Source of the DNA: the human T2T-CHM13v2.0 reference genome, Homo sapiens
DNA: 64,000 bases
Assembly: GCF_009914755.1 (NCBI RefSeq)
Contig: NC_060926.1
Direction: 5' to 3' (one strand)
Position 1 is the stretch's first letter, and each line of letters begins with the position of its first letter. Below are positions 16,474-32,289 of this stretch, piece by piece. Under the pieces are notes generated by a model. It did no database searches, had not been told where the DNA came from, and was given only the letters and a program-made list of their open reading frames with translations. Position numbers and translations under genes: made by a program.

Positions 16474-18279
16474 CATGTGTCTTTCTGTATCTTTGCCAGT
16501 CAGTGTACCTTTGGAATAGATTCCTAAAAATGGAATTGTTGGGACAAAAGATAATGCATATGCGGTTTTCCTGGATATTATCTTTCATGGGGTTGTGACA
16601 TTTTTCATTATTACCAGCCACATATAAAGATACTGTAGCCTGTTCAAAAGTGTGTGATGTCAAACCTTTAGATTTTGGCTAATGTCTTTATAGGTGAAAA
16701 ATAGTATTTCAGAGTAGTTTCAGTGAGCATCTCTCCTGTTACGGGTAAGTTGAAGTAGGTTTTTATATGTTTAAGGCCCTTTTTGCCCATTTTTAAGTGG
16801 GATTGTTTGTTCTTCTCTAATTTTTAGAAGCTTCTATTCATTAGGGATATTAACCTTTGTCTTTTATATGTTCCATACATCTTTCCTACTTTTTAATTTA
16901 TTTTTAAATACTATTTATGGTAGTTTTTATTATTTGAAAGTTAAAACAACTTTTTTTTGTAAAGTGTATGGCTTCATAACTTAGACTGCAAAGATGCCTT
17001 CAGGGGGCCTGAGTCCCATCATTTTTGCGGGGTTTTGAGTGTCAACCGATACATGCATTTTTCTGGACAGTCCTTTTTTTTTTAATTTGAGTCTTATCAC
17101 TTAAGAGATTATGTTTAGATTCTCAAAATCTAAGTGCCTTGCTCCTAGGCTTTGGCGGGCACCTGACCCCTGCCATTTCAGACCTCAGTGTCTCCGCTGA
17201 AGAGCAAGTCCTGGGCAGAGTGCTCTTTAAGCCCCTCTCAGCCCTGACTTGGGTTTAATCCAGAGTCAGGACCTGCCTAGGTCTTCCCTGCAACAACCAC
17301 TCTGCCAAATCTAACTCTTCTCCGGTGCTGCTCTCACTGGCTAAATTTAGGATAAATTTTCACCGATTATCGCCCAGAACAGCGGTGGATGAATCTGGAG
17401 CTTTTGCGTTGGGAAAAGTCTCCTTGGGTTATCCAAGAACATTGCCAGGCATTCAAAGTCAACCAGGGGCCTAATAAATGAAGGCATACCCAAATTACTG
17501 CCCCAGAATGGAGAGGATTTGGGCTCAGGAATAAAATAGCCAGCAGGGGTTAATGAATAATTAGACATTAATTGTTTGTGAGTAGAAACTAATTAAACTT
17601 CACTTGGATGGGAGAAGGGCCAAGCTGCCTGTGTTATGCCTCAGAGCAGCTGGAATGAGCTGTTCTTGCTCCAGGACCAACCTTACCAGCACCAGGGGGA
17701 GTAGCAGAGATGACTAATTAAGAGTTTTTTAAAAGTCTCTACAATGTAGCTGAGTCCCCAAATCCAAAGTCCCAGTAGACAGAGCAATCCACAAATGCTT
17801 GAATTGCCCTTCCGTTTGCCCTTCACTTAGGGCTGCTTTGGTGGCTGTCTAGGGAGAAGCAGGTCTGGGATTCCAGGATCACAGTGAGGGATCAGGCTGT
17901 TTAGACATAAGCCGTTGTTGAGAGTCCCCAGAGTCCAAACCCAACAGGCCTTTGGCATTCCCTGCAGAGCACACGGAGCTGGGAGTCCCCCGGTGATGGA
18001 AGGCCTCTTCTGGAACCCGAGCCTCTGGCATAGTTAGCTACTAGTGGGTTTGGGGTCTGGGCTGAGGCTACCTGGGGCCGAGTTGACCACTTAGATGCTC
18101 TTCTTAGCGCTCAGTGGGGAGTAGGCATTCGAGAAGAAAATGGGGACTATTGTCCAGCCGGGGATGTAGGGCAGGGCACAGAGTGGCCACCCAGCAGAGG
18201 TTCGTGGATGAATGTGAGGTGGGGTTGTGTTGTGCGTGGAGGCGCTCCACTGGTCTAGGGGTGGGCAAAGAGCCCTTAG

Positions 18280-18655
18280 ACTCGACAACAAAAGCGAAAC
18301 ATTGACAAAGTGAACCTCGTCACAATGAAAACTGTGACAGACCTTGTTAAAATGGTGAAAAGACAAACTGCAAACTGGGAGAAAGTGTTTGCAAGCCACT
18401 TGTCCAACAAAGGACTACTGTCTAGAATATAGAAAGAACTCTTAAATTTCAACAGGTAAAAAACCCCCAAACAGTCCAATTAGAAAATGGATAAAAAACA
18501 TTTGAGACAAGAGGATATGGAGATGGAAAATAAGCACATGAAAAGACGTCCGTCATCATTAGCCGTCCAGGAAATGTAAATCAAAACCACAGAGGCATCA
18601 CCACAGTCCCATCAGAATGGCTCAAATGACACACAGTGATAATATAGTCACAGGA
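18280..18655 (+). mobile_element. L1M ORF2 3' fragment
   Basis: aaagacaa...actgggagaaagtgtttgcaa...tctagaatatagaaagaactctta...aaataagcacatgaaaaga. Confidence 0.85.
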
Positions 18656-19069
18656 CTAGAAAACCACAGCTGTCGTGAAGTCAAGACTGAAAGGATCCAG
18701 TCCAGAGAGTAGACTCTTTCCTGTCCATAGGGGCCTGTCTGGATGGCCTTGGCCACCCGTTGTGGCCTCCAGCAACTCCACCACCCACAGTGTGGAGTGG
18801 CCAGGATCAGGCTGCCCTCAATCCAGTTACAGAGCCAAGCTCCCTGCTCTGCCTCTCTGGACAACTGAGGATAAGCTGCTACTAAATCAGTTTATTTTGA
18901 ACTTCCAGTCTGGTGACCTAGTCCAGGGTTTTATGGAAGCTGAGAGATTGCTTGCTTTTGTCTCAGTTTCCATTTATGCTATTTATGAAACAAATCATAC
19001 AATTTTAAACAGACAGATAAAAGTTTTAAACTAATTTATCTTTTAAACTATTTTCAATTCAGTAAAATA

Positions 19070-19300
19070 ACAGCAACTACTATTTATAGGCTAATCTCTG
19101 TGCCAGGCTCCATGCTAAGCACTTTATGTGCATTACCTAACTGAATTTTTACAACACCCTTGTGAGTGTTAGATTTTTCCCTTTTTACAGATGGAGAAAT
19201 GGGTTCAGAGAGGTTAAGTAACTTGCCTGAGGTCACACAGCTAGTAAGTTGCAAAACAAAGATATGAATCCAGCCACACCTTACTCCAAAGCCTCTACAC
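19070..19300 (-). mobile_element. MIR (well preserved)
   Basis: ttacagatggagaaatgggttcagagaggttaagtaacttgcctgaggtcacacagctagtaag. Confidence 0.9.
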
Positions 19301-19540
19301 CCTAGTGCCTCTCAAAAAATGATGGAGTTTCTGAAGTTGGGTGGTTCCCACCTGGAACTCCCAAATGTCACTGTTACTAACTCAGGATGGTCTTATTGCT
19401 AGAATAAACAACCTCACATCTCAGTGGTTAACACATTATTCCGTTGGTTGGAACTTAATTGCATGGACCCCATCTAACTGTGGAGGAGGGTGGGAAACGT
19501 TGTCCCACTGTGTGCCCAGAAAATAAGGATTGGTTAACAA

Positions 19541-20248
<708 letters not shown>

Positions 20249-21164
20249 CACCTCCAGTGATTTTTTACATAAACTCCTTCCCAAAGTCAAGGTTAGCATG
20301 GTCTGACCAAGGCGTAAACCAGCCAATTTTTGTGCAATGCCATGAACAGAAAAAACACTTTCTCTTCTTAGTAGGGCCAAGGGCAAGGCACCATGCTCTC
20401 TGATGATATTTAGATAATAAATTTTGAGTCCCCTTTGTCCTCTGAATCCTTTCTTGTCCTTATGCAGAGAAGCTTTTGCTGGCCAGGCTGGACTGGAGGC
20501 TGGCCAGGGGCATGAGAGAAGCCTCTTCCCACCTGGGAGCTGCACCATGCAGACCCAAACATCTTCCTGATGGAGCCACTCCCCCTTACCCACTGGCATA
20601 GTGCCTTTGAGCTCCTTGCTTGACTTTGCCAGGCCAAGCAGGTGGCATTGCCCTGACCTCACAGACCAGAAAGGATCATGTGAGAGTGGTCTGGAGTAGC
20701 TGGGCAGTGTCCTGGGCCTCACCAGGTACCCACCATGCCCTCCGCACCAGGCCCTGCCTGGAGCCTGACCCCAGGCCAAGAACACTCATGAGGACACACT
20801 GAGCAAAGGCCTCCCACAGCACAGACAGAGGTTCGGTGAGTCTTTACTGCTGCCTCTCCTGCCTTCGCCTCTCTGACCTGCCAAGTCAGCCCATGACATA
20901 GACAACTCAAACGCACAGAGACAGCAGGAATTTGCACTAATTCAGTTAAGCACTTAGCCTATCAAGTGGCAGCAAATGCCTGGACTAAATCCCTCTGTGG
21001 AATGGAGCAGGACTGCTGCCCTCAGGTCCCCGTCGTTGGTCTTTGCAAGCTGGGAGGAGCCCTCCCACTATCATACCTGCCCCAGTGCAAGGGTGTATAT
21101 TAGAAATGATGATCTGTCTTGGAGGATTATATATTTTATTGGGCATGTTGTGGGCAGGGCTGGC

Positions 21165-21290
21165 CCTGCCATGGACTCTTTGTGACTGTGGGTGCGCCCT
21201 TTCTGAGCTTCAGGTCTCAGTTTCCTCACCTGTCAAACGAGAATGAATCATGTATAGTCTTTCTGCCTTGCAAGTTTGTTGTGGGATAAT
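21165..21290 (+). mobile_element. MIR fragment
   Basis: tctcagtttcctcacctgtcaaa core. Confidence 0.6.
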
Positions 21291-21399
21291 TTGGGGGAGG
21301 AGGAATTTTCAAAAGAAACCAACACATCCAGGCAGAAAGCTCCCAGCCATAGTCGTGCTTGTGGCAGACTATAGGACAGATGAGCCAACCTTCATTCCC

Positions 21400-22279
<880 letters not shown>

Positions 22280-23100
22280 CCAAATCTAATCCATCAGCAA
22301 GTTCTGTTAACCTTACCTCCTAAATACGCTCCAGACCTGGTCACTTCTCACCACATCAATTCAACCATCCCACGCTGAAGTCCTGTCACTGTTCACCCCA
22401 CTCACCAGCCTCCACCAGCCTCCTAAAGGGCCTCTCTGTTTTGATTCTGCACCCCCATACAACCCCCCTCAACTCCCCTCCATGTTCATGTTCCGTTCAG
22501 CCTCCAGAGTTAGCTTATTAAAAAGATTAATTCCCATTGAACAATCCTCCTGAATAAAACCTGCCAGTGGCTTCTCATTGCTTTTAAAACAAAATGCAAA
22601 ATCTTTTCATGGCTAGTAGGCCTACCCCGCTCCCTTTCTGACCTCTCACCTCTGACCTTATCTCCTCCTGTTCTCCCCGGTTCCCTTCTGCTCCTCAGTC
22701 CTGCCAAGCTTCTTAGTGTCTTGGGGTCTTTGCACTTGCTATTCTCTGTGCCCCAGATCTGTATGCAGTGGGGGCCTACGTCTCATTTAGGCTACCTCTC
22801 AAAGGTCATCTCTTAAGAGGGGTCTGCTTTGATTACCCAGGTCGGAAGCACCCTCCAAACCTGCCCCCCAGTCCCTCTCTACCGTGTCACCCTGCTTAGT
22901 TTTCCTCACACTGCTGCCTGCTGCCTGATCTGTCTGACGGTATTCATTTCTCTGTAGACTTGGCTCTGACAACTCCCACCGAGTGACAGTTGCACAGGGG
23001 ACACCTGCCTGTCTTGTTCACTGCTGTGTCCCTAGTCCCTGGAACAGGGCCTGGCACATCGTAGGTGCTTTAGGTTAGGTTATTTCATGAATGAGTAAGT
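22280..23100 (+). mobile_element. L2a 3' part
   Basis: aatccatcagcaagttctg...ccagtggcttctcattgc...ttgttcactgctgtgtccc...cctggcacatcgtaggtgct. Confidence 0.85.
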
Positions 23101-23945
23101 GGGTAGAGTTACGGGGCACAGGGGAGAGTCTACAGGGCTGGGGCGCACAATTCTAAATCGGGCAAGAGCCCCTTAGCCCACCGCCTGTGGATGCAGGAGG
23201 GAGGGCCGGTGAACCGCCCTCCCCATTGCTGTGTCTTTCTGCCTCTCACTTTCTCTCAGGCCCGATGTCCACAGTCTGTTCTGCCTTTTTAAGAACAATG
23301 AGTCAATAGGCCCAACTTGCTGTGCAGGGAATTACGTTCAGCTGGTGTAATTTCCCCCTTACCTAGAGAGAAAGGCCAGCATGAAGGTGCAACCGTGAGG
23401 ACCGTTCAGTTGCATGGGAGAGGAGAGGAGCACATGGGGAAGAAGAACCAGGGTGGCTGGGAGTGGACAGGATGCCCCCAGTTTCCAGCCCCTGCCTCTG
23501 GGGCATGTGTGTGAGGCTCAGCTGGCAGCCACCACAGGCATGGCGGATGCATGGCTATGTCCTGTGTGGCTCACTTACCAGGAGCAAGCTGTCTACCCAG
23601 GAATGGCCTCTCCCCTCCACCCCGAGTGGTCAGGGCCGGCCTCTCACTGAGCCCCCAAAGCTGACAGGGTCCCCTGGATCATCAGGCCTTGACTACTCAA
23701 CCCAGAGACTGCTACCCCAAAGTGGGGCTTCTGGGCCCTACGGCCCCCCTCACCACCCCAACTCCGCCATGGCGGGAGCTGCCATTAGAGATTTGCAGCT
23801 CTATCCCCTCAGGGCTCCCGTTCTTCTACCACAGCCACCAGGAGCCACGCTGAAAGCCATCATGTCCCGAGGGTGACCTGGGCTGCATGCTCTGCCTGGA
23901 CCTTCCCAAAGGCATAAGCCTCAGAGCTGAACAAACATGGAATCA

Positions 23946-24321
<376 letters not shown>

Positions 24322-24563
24322 CTATTGAGGGTCTTTTTTTCTTCACACAATTTCCTCCCCCTTTCCCCAAACAACACTATGTTGGTTTCTGTTTCTCCTG
24401 CACTTGGCCTCCTTCCCTCCCCACCACTCCCACCCTGCTATCTGTGCTGCCTCGACAGCTTCCCAGTGGGTCTCCCAGGGTCACGCGGCCCCCTCCACTC
24501 TGCATTCCTCATTGCCTGCCTTGGAGTGATCTTTCTTCCACACATCTCACCAACCCTCACTCA

Positions 24564-24920
<357 letters not shown>

Positions 24921-25103
24921 TCAGACCCGTTAGCTGAGAACTCAAGGTTCTCTATAATCTCCCCCATTTATCCGTCCGTCCTCATTGTTGTCTCCCAGTT
25001 CCCTGTGCCCCAGCCACAGCAGACTTTTCATGCTCTCCAACGCCTGGGGACATTGCCAGCCTCAGGACCCTTTGCCCATACCATCCCTTCTACCTGCTGT
25101 GAC

Positions 25104-25560
25104 TGTGTTGTGGCTTGAACTGTGTTCCCCTCAAAAGACCTGTTGGGATCCTAATCCCTGGTACCTGTGACAGTGACTTTATTTGCAAATAGAGTTTTTG
25201 CAGATATAATCAAGTTAAAATGAGGTTGTACCAGTTGGGGTGGGCCCTAAATTTAATGACGAATGACCTATAAGACAGCCATGTAAAGACACAGGGACCC
25301 AGAGATGCACAGGGAGAAGGCCATGTGAAAACAGAGGCCGAGGCTGGGGTGATGCCCTCAAGCCAAGGACACCAAGGGCTGCCAGAAAGCTCCAGAAGCA
25401 AGGAGAGGGACATGAAGCGGGTGCTCCCCCAGACCCTCCAGAAAGGACTGGCCTGGATGACACATTGCCTTTGGACTTCTGACTGTGAGGCGGCACCTTT
25501 CTGTTGCTGCAAGCCACCAAGTTTGTGGTGGTTTGTTGTGGCAGCCACAGGACACAGGCA
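25104..25560 (+). mobile_element. MLT1C-type solo LTR
   Basis: gtgactttatttgcaaatagagtttttgcagat...gggtgggccctaa...agccaccaagtttgtggt. Confidence 0.85.
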
Positions 25561-26442
25561 GCCTGGCACCTGGATGCCACCCACAAACGCATCGCCTGAA
25601 CACAGCCTGCCCTTCCTCTGCATCCAGTCCCTTTCCACCTCCTCCCTGACACCTTGCTTCGTGTTTCCTGAGAGCTGTGTGCTCCTGCTGAGGTACTTCT
25701 CTCTGACACCTGTTTTCTAGCTCTCCATGTAGCCGTCTGGCCCCACCACTGGAAGCCCCTTCAGGTCTGAGTTCCCTGGGGCTGGTTTGGTTTTCTCTAT
25801 AGTCAAGCTTGAGGTGGGTAATCAGGACAGCCCCCAGCCAACCCAAGGACGGTGACTGCTCCATCAGGAAGCACCACCTATTCCATTAGCAAATATATAT
25901 CGAGCACCCAGTGTGCATGAGGCATTCTTCTAGGTCCTGTAAACAGAGTCATGAACACACTGGGGGCCTCACAGAGCACATGCTCCAGGGGGAAAGATGG
26001 TCTACACCTATCACATGGCACTGCCACAAAGGACTCAAGAAGAGCAGTTCAAGGGCACAGATAGTCCTGTTGGGGGAGCATTCCTATTAGGAGGAAAAAA
26101 AACTCATTACACAGACCTCCGCATAGATGATGGCCCAATTGGGGTCAGTCTGGGGACAGAAGACAGCATGAGTCAGCCACACTTCAGCCATCTGAAAAAT
26201 TCTCTGTGCTCCCCTGTTGCAGACAGAGAAACTGAGGCAGGGGAGTGCTGCTGTTTTTTTCAGGGTATCTCAGCCAGGCAGGGGCTAGGACTGGGAGTCA
26301 AATTGGAAGCCCCTCCCGCTTCTGACTTCATCCCTCTGGTTTCCTGTTGAGCCCTCTGGAATGCATGTTTCCCTGCAGTGACGCATAGTCAGGGAAGGCA
26401 GGCGCTGGGGCCGTGCCCTGACTGAGTGTGAGGTAAGGGCTC

Positions 26443-26799
26443 TGTATTAGTCAGTTTTCACACTACTGATAAAGCCCAAGACTGGGTAATTTATAAACAA
26501 AAAGAGGTTTAATGGACTCACAGGTGTACGTGGCTGGGGAGGTCTCACAATCATGGCAGAAGGCGAAAGGCATGTCTTACATGGCGGCAGACAAGAGAAG
26601 AGAATGAGAGCCAAGTGAAAGGGGAAACTCCTTATAAAACCATCAGATCTTGAGAGACTTATTCACTACCATGAGAACAGTATGGGGGAAACTGCATGTT
26701 TTCAGCTCTCTCTCACCGGGTGCCTTCCACAACACGTAGGGACTATGGAAGCTACAATTCAAGATGAGATTTGGGTGGGGACACAGCCAAACCATAGCA
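26443..26799 (-). mobile_element. THE1B-type solo LTR
   Basis: tgtattagtc...gaggtttaatggactcacag...gagatttgggtggggacacagccaaaccat. TSD ggctc/gactc. Confidence 0.92.
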
Positions 26800-29114
26800 G
26801 ACTCCTTTCTGCTGTTCCCCTCCCTGGTCATGTGACTCATATGCCCTGCAGTGAATCCTAACAGCAGCATGAGAGCACAGCAGCCAGAATCCCCCCGGGT
26901 TGGACACCCTGTGATGGCAAGGTTAAGGGGTCACCCGACAGTCAGAGAGGAAAAGAGCAGGTGAGTGTCTCAGATGCGCACACACCCAGCCACCTGTTGG
27001 GAGTGGACATGAGCAGGGTTGGGCGGGAGAGGTAGTGTGTGAAGGTGTCCCCAAGTATCCTCTGCCTGGAGCCAGGCAAGAAAGGTAAGAAGTCACGTGT
27101 CTTCCAAGAGTGGCACCAGATGGAGGCCTTTCCTGTTTGAAATTGACTGGGTTTTAGGCGGCTCTGGAGCTTCTTCTTTGCTCAGCTGATGGCAAAGCTC
27201 TTGGAAGCTTGATGGTGGGACAAAGCTTAGAAGCAGTTAGAAGTGCTAACCAGGCACGGGGGGTTCAGAGGTGGCGGGCACACTGGGAAGTGCCACGGAG
27301 AGGCTTTGAAACTGGGCAGGCTAGTCAGTGCATGGACTGATTCAGCCCAGCAAGTATTGATTAAGCACCTGCCATCTACCTGGCACTGTGGGTTTACAGT
27401 GTGGGAGCAGGGCAGAGGGAAGTGCCAGCACATCCCTGCAGAGGGATGAAGAGGTGGCAGTGGTGAGGTTAGATAGCTCGAGCCCAGTGCAGATGAAGAT
27501 GGTGAGAGCAGAGTCTGTGCACCCTCAGCCCATAGCAGCGAGAATCCTGCTGGTTGTGTACAAAGAGGCCAATACACCCGTAGGCCACAGGAACCTAACT
27601 CTAACTTATTAGAGTGGGAGCAGGCCCTTCTCCTACTCAGTTTCAAGGATGGTCCTTCCTGGAGCCAGAGGACTGTCGGAAATGACTGTGTGGGTCCTTC
27701 CAACCTGGGGAGTCTGTGATTCTAAAAACAGGCAAACAACCTCAATCTCCCTGGATCTCTGCCTTCCCACCCCCAGCCCCCTCTTCCTTAGACAAAGGGC
27801 TCTTGGAGGGATCTGAGGCTCATTTCATAGAAAGCTGAAAATAATATGAAGTAGAGTTTCTATTTTAGAGGGTAACACTTACATAAGGTGGGATCTTTCA
27901 AAATGTTCAATCTGATACCTATTTAGGGAAACATCAAACAGCCCCACAAACACAGCTCGGGGGAGGAGGCCACTCTGTTCTCCTCCGCATCCCCAGCTGG
28001 CTGAAGTGGTCTGTGGAGCTGCGGGGCATCTTAGATGTGCCTCCTGGCATGAGCAGGTGCCATGGGCTGGCTTCCTCAGCCAGGCAAGCCTGTCATCCTG
28101 CTCACTGCCTGTCCCCTGCATGGGTCAGAATCAGGGTGCTTGCTGGAGACCCCAGAAGGGCTGGGCACCCCCAGAGATACTGCAGGTGCCCCATGGAGGA
28201 AGAAAGCCTCCAGGTCGTGTGAACCTGGGACCTCAATCCAGGTCTTTTGGCACTCAGACCTCAAGCACTTTTGTTTGTGCCACATGGTTCTTGAGAGTTA
28301 ATAAATAAAGGGCGGGGGAGCGGGAAGGAATGTCCTAAAGGCTTACTTGGTTAAATCTTTACCTACTTCCATTACCAGGCTCAACTTTGAAATTTCAGAA
28401 GGAAAGGAAGAGATGAAAAGAAAAATGTCACATTTCAAATCCTTCCCACAGTGACTCATTTCAGAAGTGGGGTTTCGTCCTTTTTAAAAACAGAATCAAT
28501 ACCGTCTTTCATGAAAACAGCTTTTGTTTCCCCTTCAGCTGCAAGCCTGACCGATCCTTCTTGGCTCAGTGCAGAGCCAGAGAAGGAGGCCAATGAGCAG
28601 CTCTCATTGCGGGCCTGGCAGGAACACCAGGGCAGGGCAGGGCGGGAGGGTGGGGAGTGCTGTTTGGAGGGAAAGAAGCTAGAGAGACCCTCTGCCTTCT
28701 TCAGGAAAGGCCTTCACTGTTAACACCCCCATTCCCACCAGCTTCTAGGCCCTCACCCCACCCAGTAAAGCCAAACATCAAGCAGGGGACTGTGGACGCC
28801 ACTCATTTTCCTAGAGCATCCTGGTCAGTGGATTTTAGAATGGTCCCAGCACCCCAGAAACATTTGGGTCTCTCCTCCTCACCCCCATATGGGGGTCAAT
28901 CAGTGGACAGCCTAGGCACCTGCTTATGGGGTACTTTATTTAAATGCCTTAATAATTGTTACTTTTTGTTCTTTTGTTTTTTGGATGGAGAGACTCAAAC
29001 ATCTGTGCTCTGCATGCCACCCCTTTAACAGTTTAATACACTTATACTTTAAGTATGTGTACATTTGGAGCACTTACCTTGGACTTGGACAATTAAACAC
29101 ACTTAGGTTCATTT

Positions 29115-29433
29115 ATTATGTATTTCTTTATTTTTATTTTTTTGAGACGAAGTCTCACTCTGTCACCCAGGCTGGAGTGCAGTGGTGTAATCTAGGCTCA
29201 CTGCAACCTCCGCCTCCTAGGTTCAAGCGGTCCTCCTGCCTCAGTCTCTGGAGTAGCTGGGACTACAGGCATGCCCCATGACGCCCAGCTAATTTTTTTT
29301 TTTTTGCATTTTTAGTAGAGGCAGGGTTTCACCATGTTGGCTAGGCTGGTCTCGAACTGCTGACCTCAGGCGATCCACCCACCTCGGCCTCCCAAAGTGT
29401 TGGGATTACAGGCGTAAGCCACCGTGCCTGGCC
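29115..29433 (-). mobile_element. AluS
   Basis: Full antisense dimer. Confidence 0.93.
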
Positions 29434-29544
29434 TATTTATTTCCCTGATTACCTCTAATAATTTTACAGAAGTCGAGATACAAAGCTCCAAAGGGACACT
29501 CCATTCTAGGCCTCCATCCATGAGCATCCTCTACTACATTATTG

Positions 29545-29895
29545 AAGAGCTAAAGTTTGAGTTGAGTGTTTGAAGATGAAAAAAAGTTTTTTAGACAGAC
29601 AAGGATGTGAGTGTTGTGGGGATGGGAACAGCTTGTGCAAAGGTGCATTAGAACCAACAAGCATGGCCTACTCAGAATTCAGCAATTGATTCAAGCTTGC
29701 AGCGGGGACAGGGAGCACGTGGAGTGGCAGGGTTCTGTTGGAGTGGCAAAGGGTGGATTGTGCTGGGGCTTGTAAGCTACACTGAGAAGACCAGGCTATC
29801 CTGGGAAGAATGGGAGTTTTTGAAATGATTTAAGAGTGAAATGAACTTCTGAGATCAACATTTTACAAGGAATCTTAGGTCTTCTGCCTTGGAGC
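29545..29895 (-). mobile_element. Degenerate L2
   Basis: gggaacagcttgtgcaaagg...gatttaag...agatcaacatttta. Confidence 0.55.
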
Positions 29896-29982
29896 ACCAT
29901 TAACAATGGTCCCCTTTCTCCAAAGACTAAAATGTTTCTCAGATCATAAGGGGGACAATGAGTATCCAATGGCAAACGATGC

Positions 29983-30345
29983 TGCTATGATTTGAGTAAT
30001 GGTCTCTCCTCCAAAATTGATATTGGCACTTAATCCCTGATGCAACAGTATTAAGGTTTGTGGCCTCTAGGAGGTAATTAAATCATGAGGGCTGTGCCTT
30101 CATGAATGGCATTAACACCCTTGTAAAAGGACTTGAGGTTGAAGGGAGTCTCTTCCACCATCTTCCTTCCATGTGAGGACACAGCAACTAGGCACCATCT
30201 TGAAAACAGAGAGCTTCCTCACCTCTCTGTTGGTGCCTTGATCTTGGACTTCCCAGCCTCCACAACTATAAGAAATAAATTTCTGTTCTTTACACATTAC
30301 TCAGCCTAAGGTGTTTTGTTAAAGCAGTAAAAACAGACTAAGACA
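29983..30345 (+). mobile_element. MST-type (MSTD-like) solo LTR
   Basis: TGCTATG...gactaagaCA termini. Perfect 5-bp TSD GATGC at 29978-29982 and 30346-30350. Confidence 0.88.
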
Positions 30346-31959
30346 GATGCCTTATCCTCACTGATCCCCATGGCAGGAGAACCCCTATCCTGGCCTGTGC
30401 CCATGGAAGAGCCTGGTGTGATGGGCCAATTAAGCAACTGCCACAGAGAGGGAGCCCTGCCTGAACCCCCTTTGTTGACTGCTGCAGCCAAGTATACCAT
30501 CTCAGTAAAGAGGGGCTCAAGAATGGTCTCAGATGTGGGCAGGCCCAGGGAGAAGGAGCTGTCCCCATTCTTGAACCATTGTCAGGTTGGCCATTGAGTT
30601 GGGCTGAGTTTGGACTTGGCCAGGATGGAAAGTGAGGAAGAGGAGAATGGACAAAGAAAAGTGGCCCTGGATATTAGATGGTGGGGCCTGGGGGTTGACA
30701 ATTCCTGTCTCCTGGGGTAGCGCAGTGCTGGCCACAAACAGGGCATCTGGTGAAAGTTTGCTGATTGACAGATAGGGCGGGCTCCTGCTCCCTCCACCTA
30801 AGCCTTGTGTCTCTGAGAACCCCCTGGAGGAGAGGACACAGCTCTGCACCTCCTGTGGCTGGAGGGCTTTGTACCTGGAAGTCACCTTGGCAGGAAGCCT
30901 TTCTGCCTCCCTCCTCATCCCGCTTCCTGCTATGATGCCCACTCATTCAGCTTTGCTTTTTTCCCATTTCCTGCTGCCAGGACTGTTCCATGTTTCACTA
31001 GAAGGGAAACATTATTGTCCTTTCCACTTCTTACCCCTTCCACCAATTTTCTTTTTAGGTAATAAATTTGTTCCTTAATGAGCTTCCTCAGGATCCAGCC
31101 AGGCCCCAGTCAAGGCCTGTCTCTGCCTTGGCACCTCAGGCACAGTCCTGGAGAAGCCAGGACCAGACCCCTCCCCAGGGATCAGCAGCAGCCTCCACCG
31201 GGACTCGGAATGTATTAGGCCATTATCCCACCAAAGATGGAAGCCCAAGCCCATGTCCTCTCTTCCCCAGGGTTCAGAACAAGCCCAGCAACACTGTAAG
31301 TAGCAACTGCACTAGCAACAATGCCCTCTGGTTAAAGCCATGCAGATAGCACAGGAAATCGGAATGGCAGGGGCTTTCAAGATCAAAGTCAGTTGGATCT
31401 TTTTTAGGGGAAGGGCGGATCGGGTTTTGAAAGGATTCAGAGATGGAGGAATTAATCCTGCCGTTATTTTGCAGACACCAGTTCTTTCACGGTGGGCCAG
31501 TGGCACCGTATAATCCAAGATGAGGCTGCTGCCCTGAATGCAGAGAAAGCCTCGTTTCCTTGCGTTAAACCCCACATGGGATGCTGTCCCTCTCCCACAG
31601 GGATGGGGCAGGCTTGGTGGGATAGCACTTGGAAAGAGCGCATCTCATGCCCGCCACGTGGCAAATGGTCAGTGACCCCCTAACAGTGATGCTGTGACCA
31701 GTAGCTTCCTACCCAAGGGGAGGCCAGAGCCTGATGTCCCCTCTTGCCCGTGGAACAACTCGAGGCCAAGTTCTGATCCTGATATCACTGTTTGGGGACA
31801 AAAGTCAACTATTCACTCCACTGGAAGATGTGGTTCACTCCACAGTCTCTGGGATACGTCAGACCAGCATAAGATGCCGTTGAGGAACAAGCCAACATAG
31901 CAAGGCTGCAACTACCACAGAGATAGCAAGGAGACAGGTCATATGGGAAGAGGATGGCC

Positions 31960-32285
31960 TTGGTGGGAGGTAGATCTGAGTTCCAACTCTGGCTCTGCCA
32001 CTTAAAGCTGTGCCACCTTGTGCAAATCTCTTCACTTCTCTGAGTCAATTTGTCATCATCATTGTCATTGTCATCATTGTCATCGATACCATTCACTGAG
32101 TGTGCACTGTATGCCAAGCAGCCATCTCTCATTTGATTCTCATAGCAACTGTATGAATAGATATCATTACTCCTATTTTAAGCACAAAGAAAGGAGGTTC
32201 AGGGAGATTATTAAACTTGCCCAAGACCAACAAGTAAGTAGTTAAGACAGGTTTTCAGCCTGACTCTCGCTGATTCCAAAGCCTA
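31960..32285. mobile_element. Two MIRs tail-to-tail around a (CAT/TGTCAT)n tract
   Basis: Plus-strand MIR at about 31960-32055 and minus-strand MIR at about 32085-32285. Confidence 0.7.
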
Positions 32286-32289
32286 TGTA

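Noticed and set aside
23235-23262. Polypyrimidine tract plus CAG, a possible splice acceptor of a lncRNA exon
   Set aside because: No convincing paired donor or open frame. It cannot be supported without transcript data.
23760-23876. Strong Kozak GCCATGG within the near-palindrome CTCCGCCATGGCGGGAG, 35-codon ORF
   Set aside because: No promoter or CpG island, no homology and no splice support. Expected by chance in GC-rich DNA.
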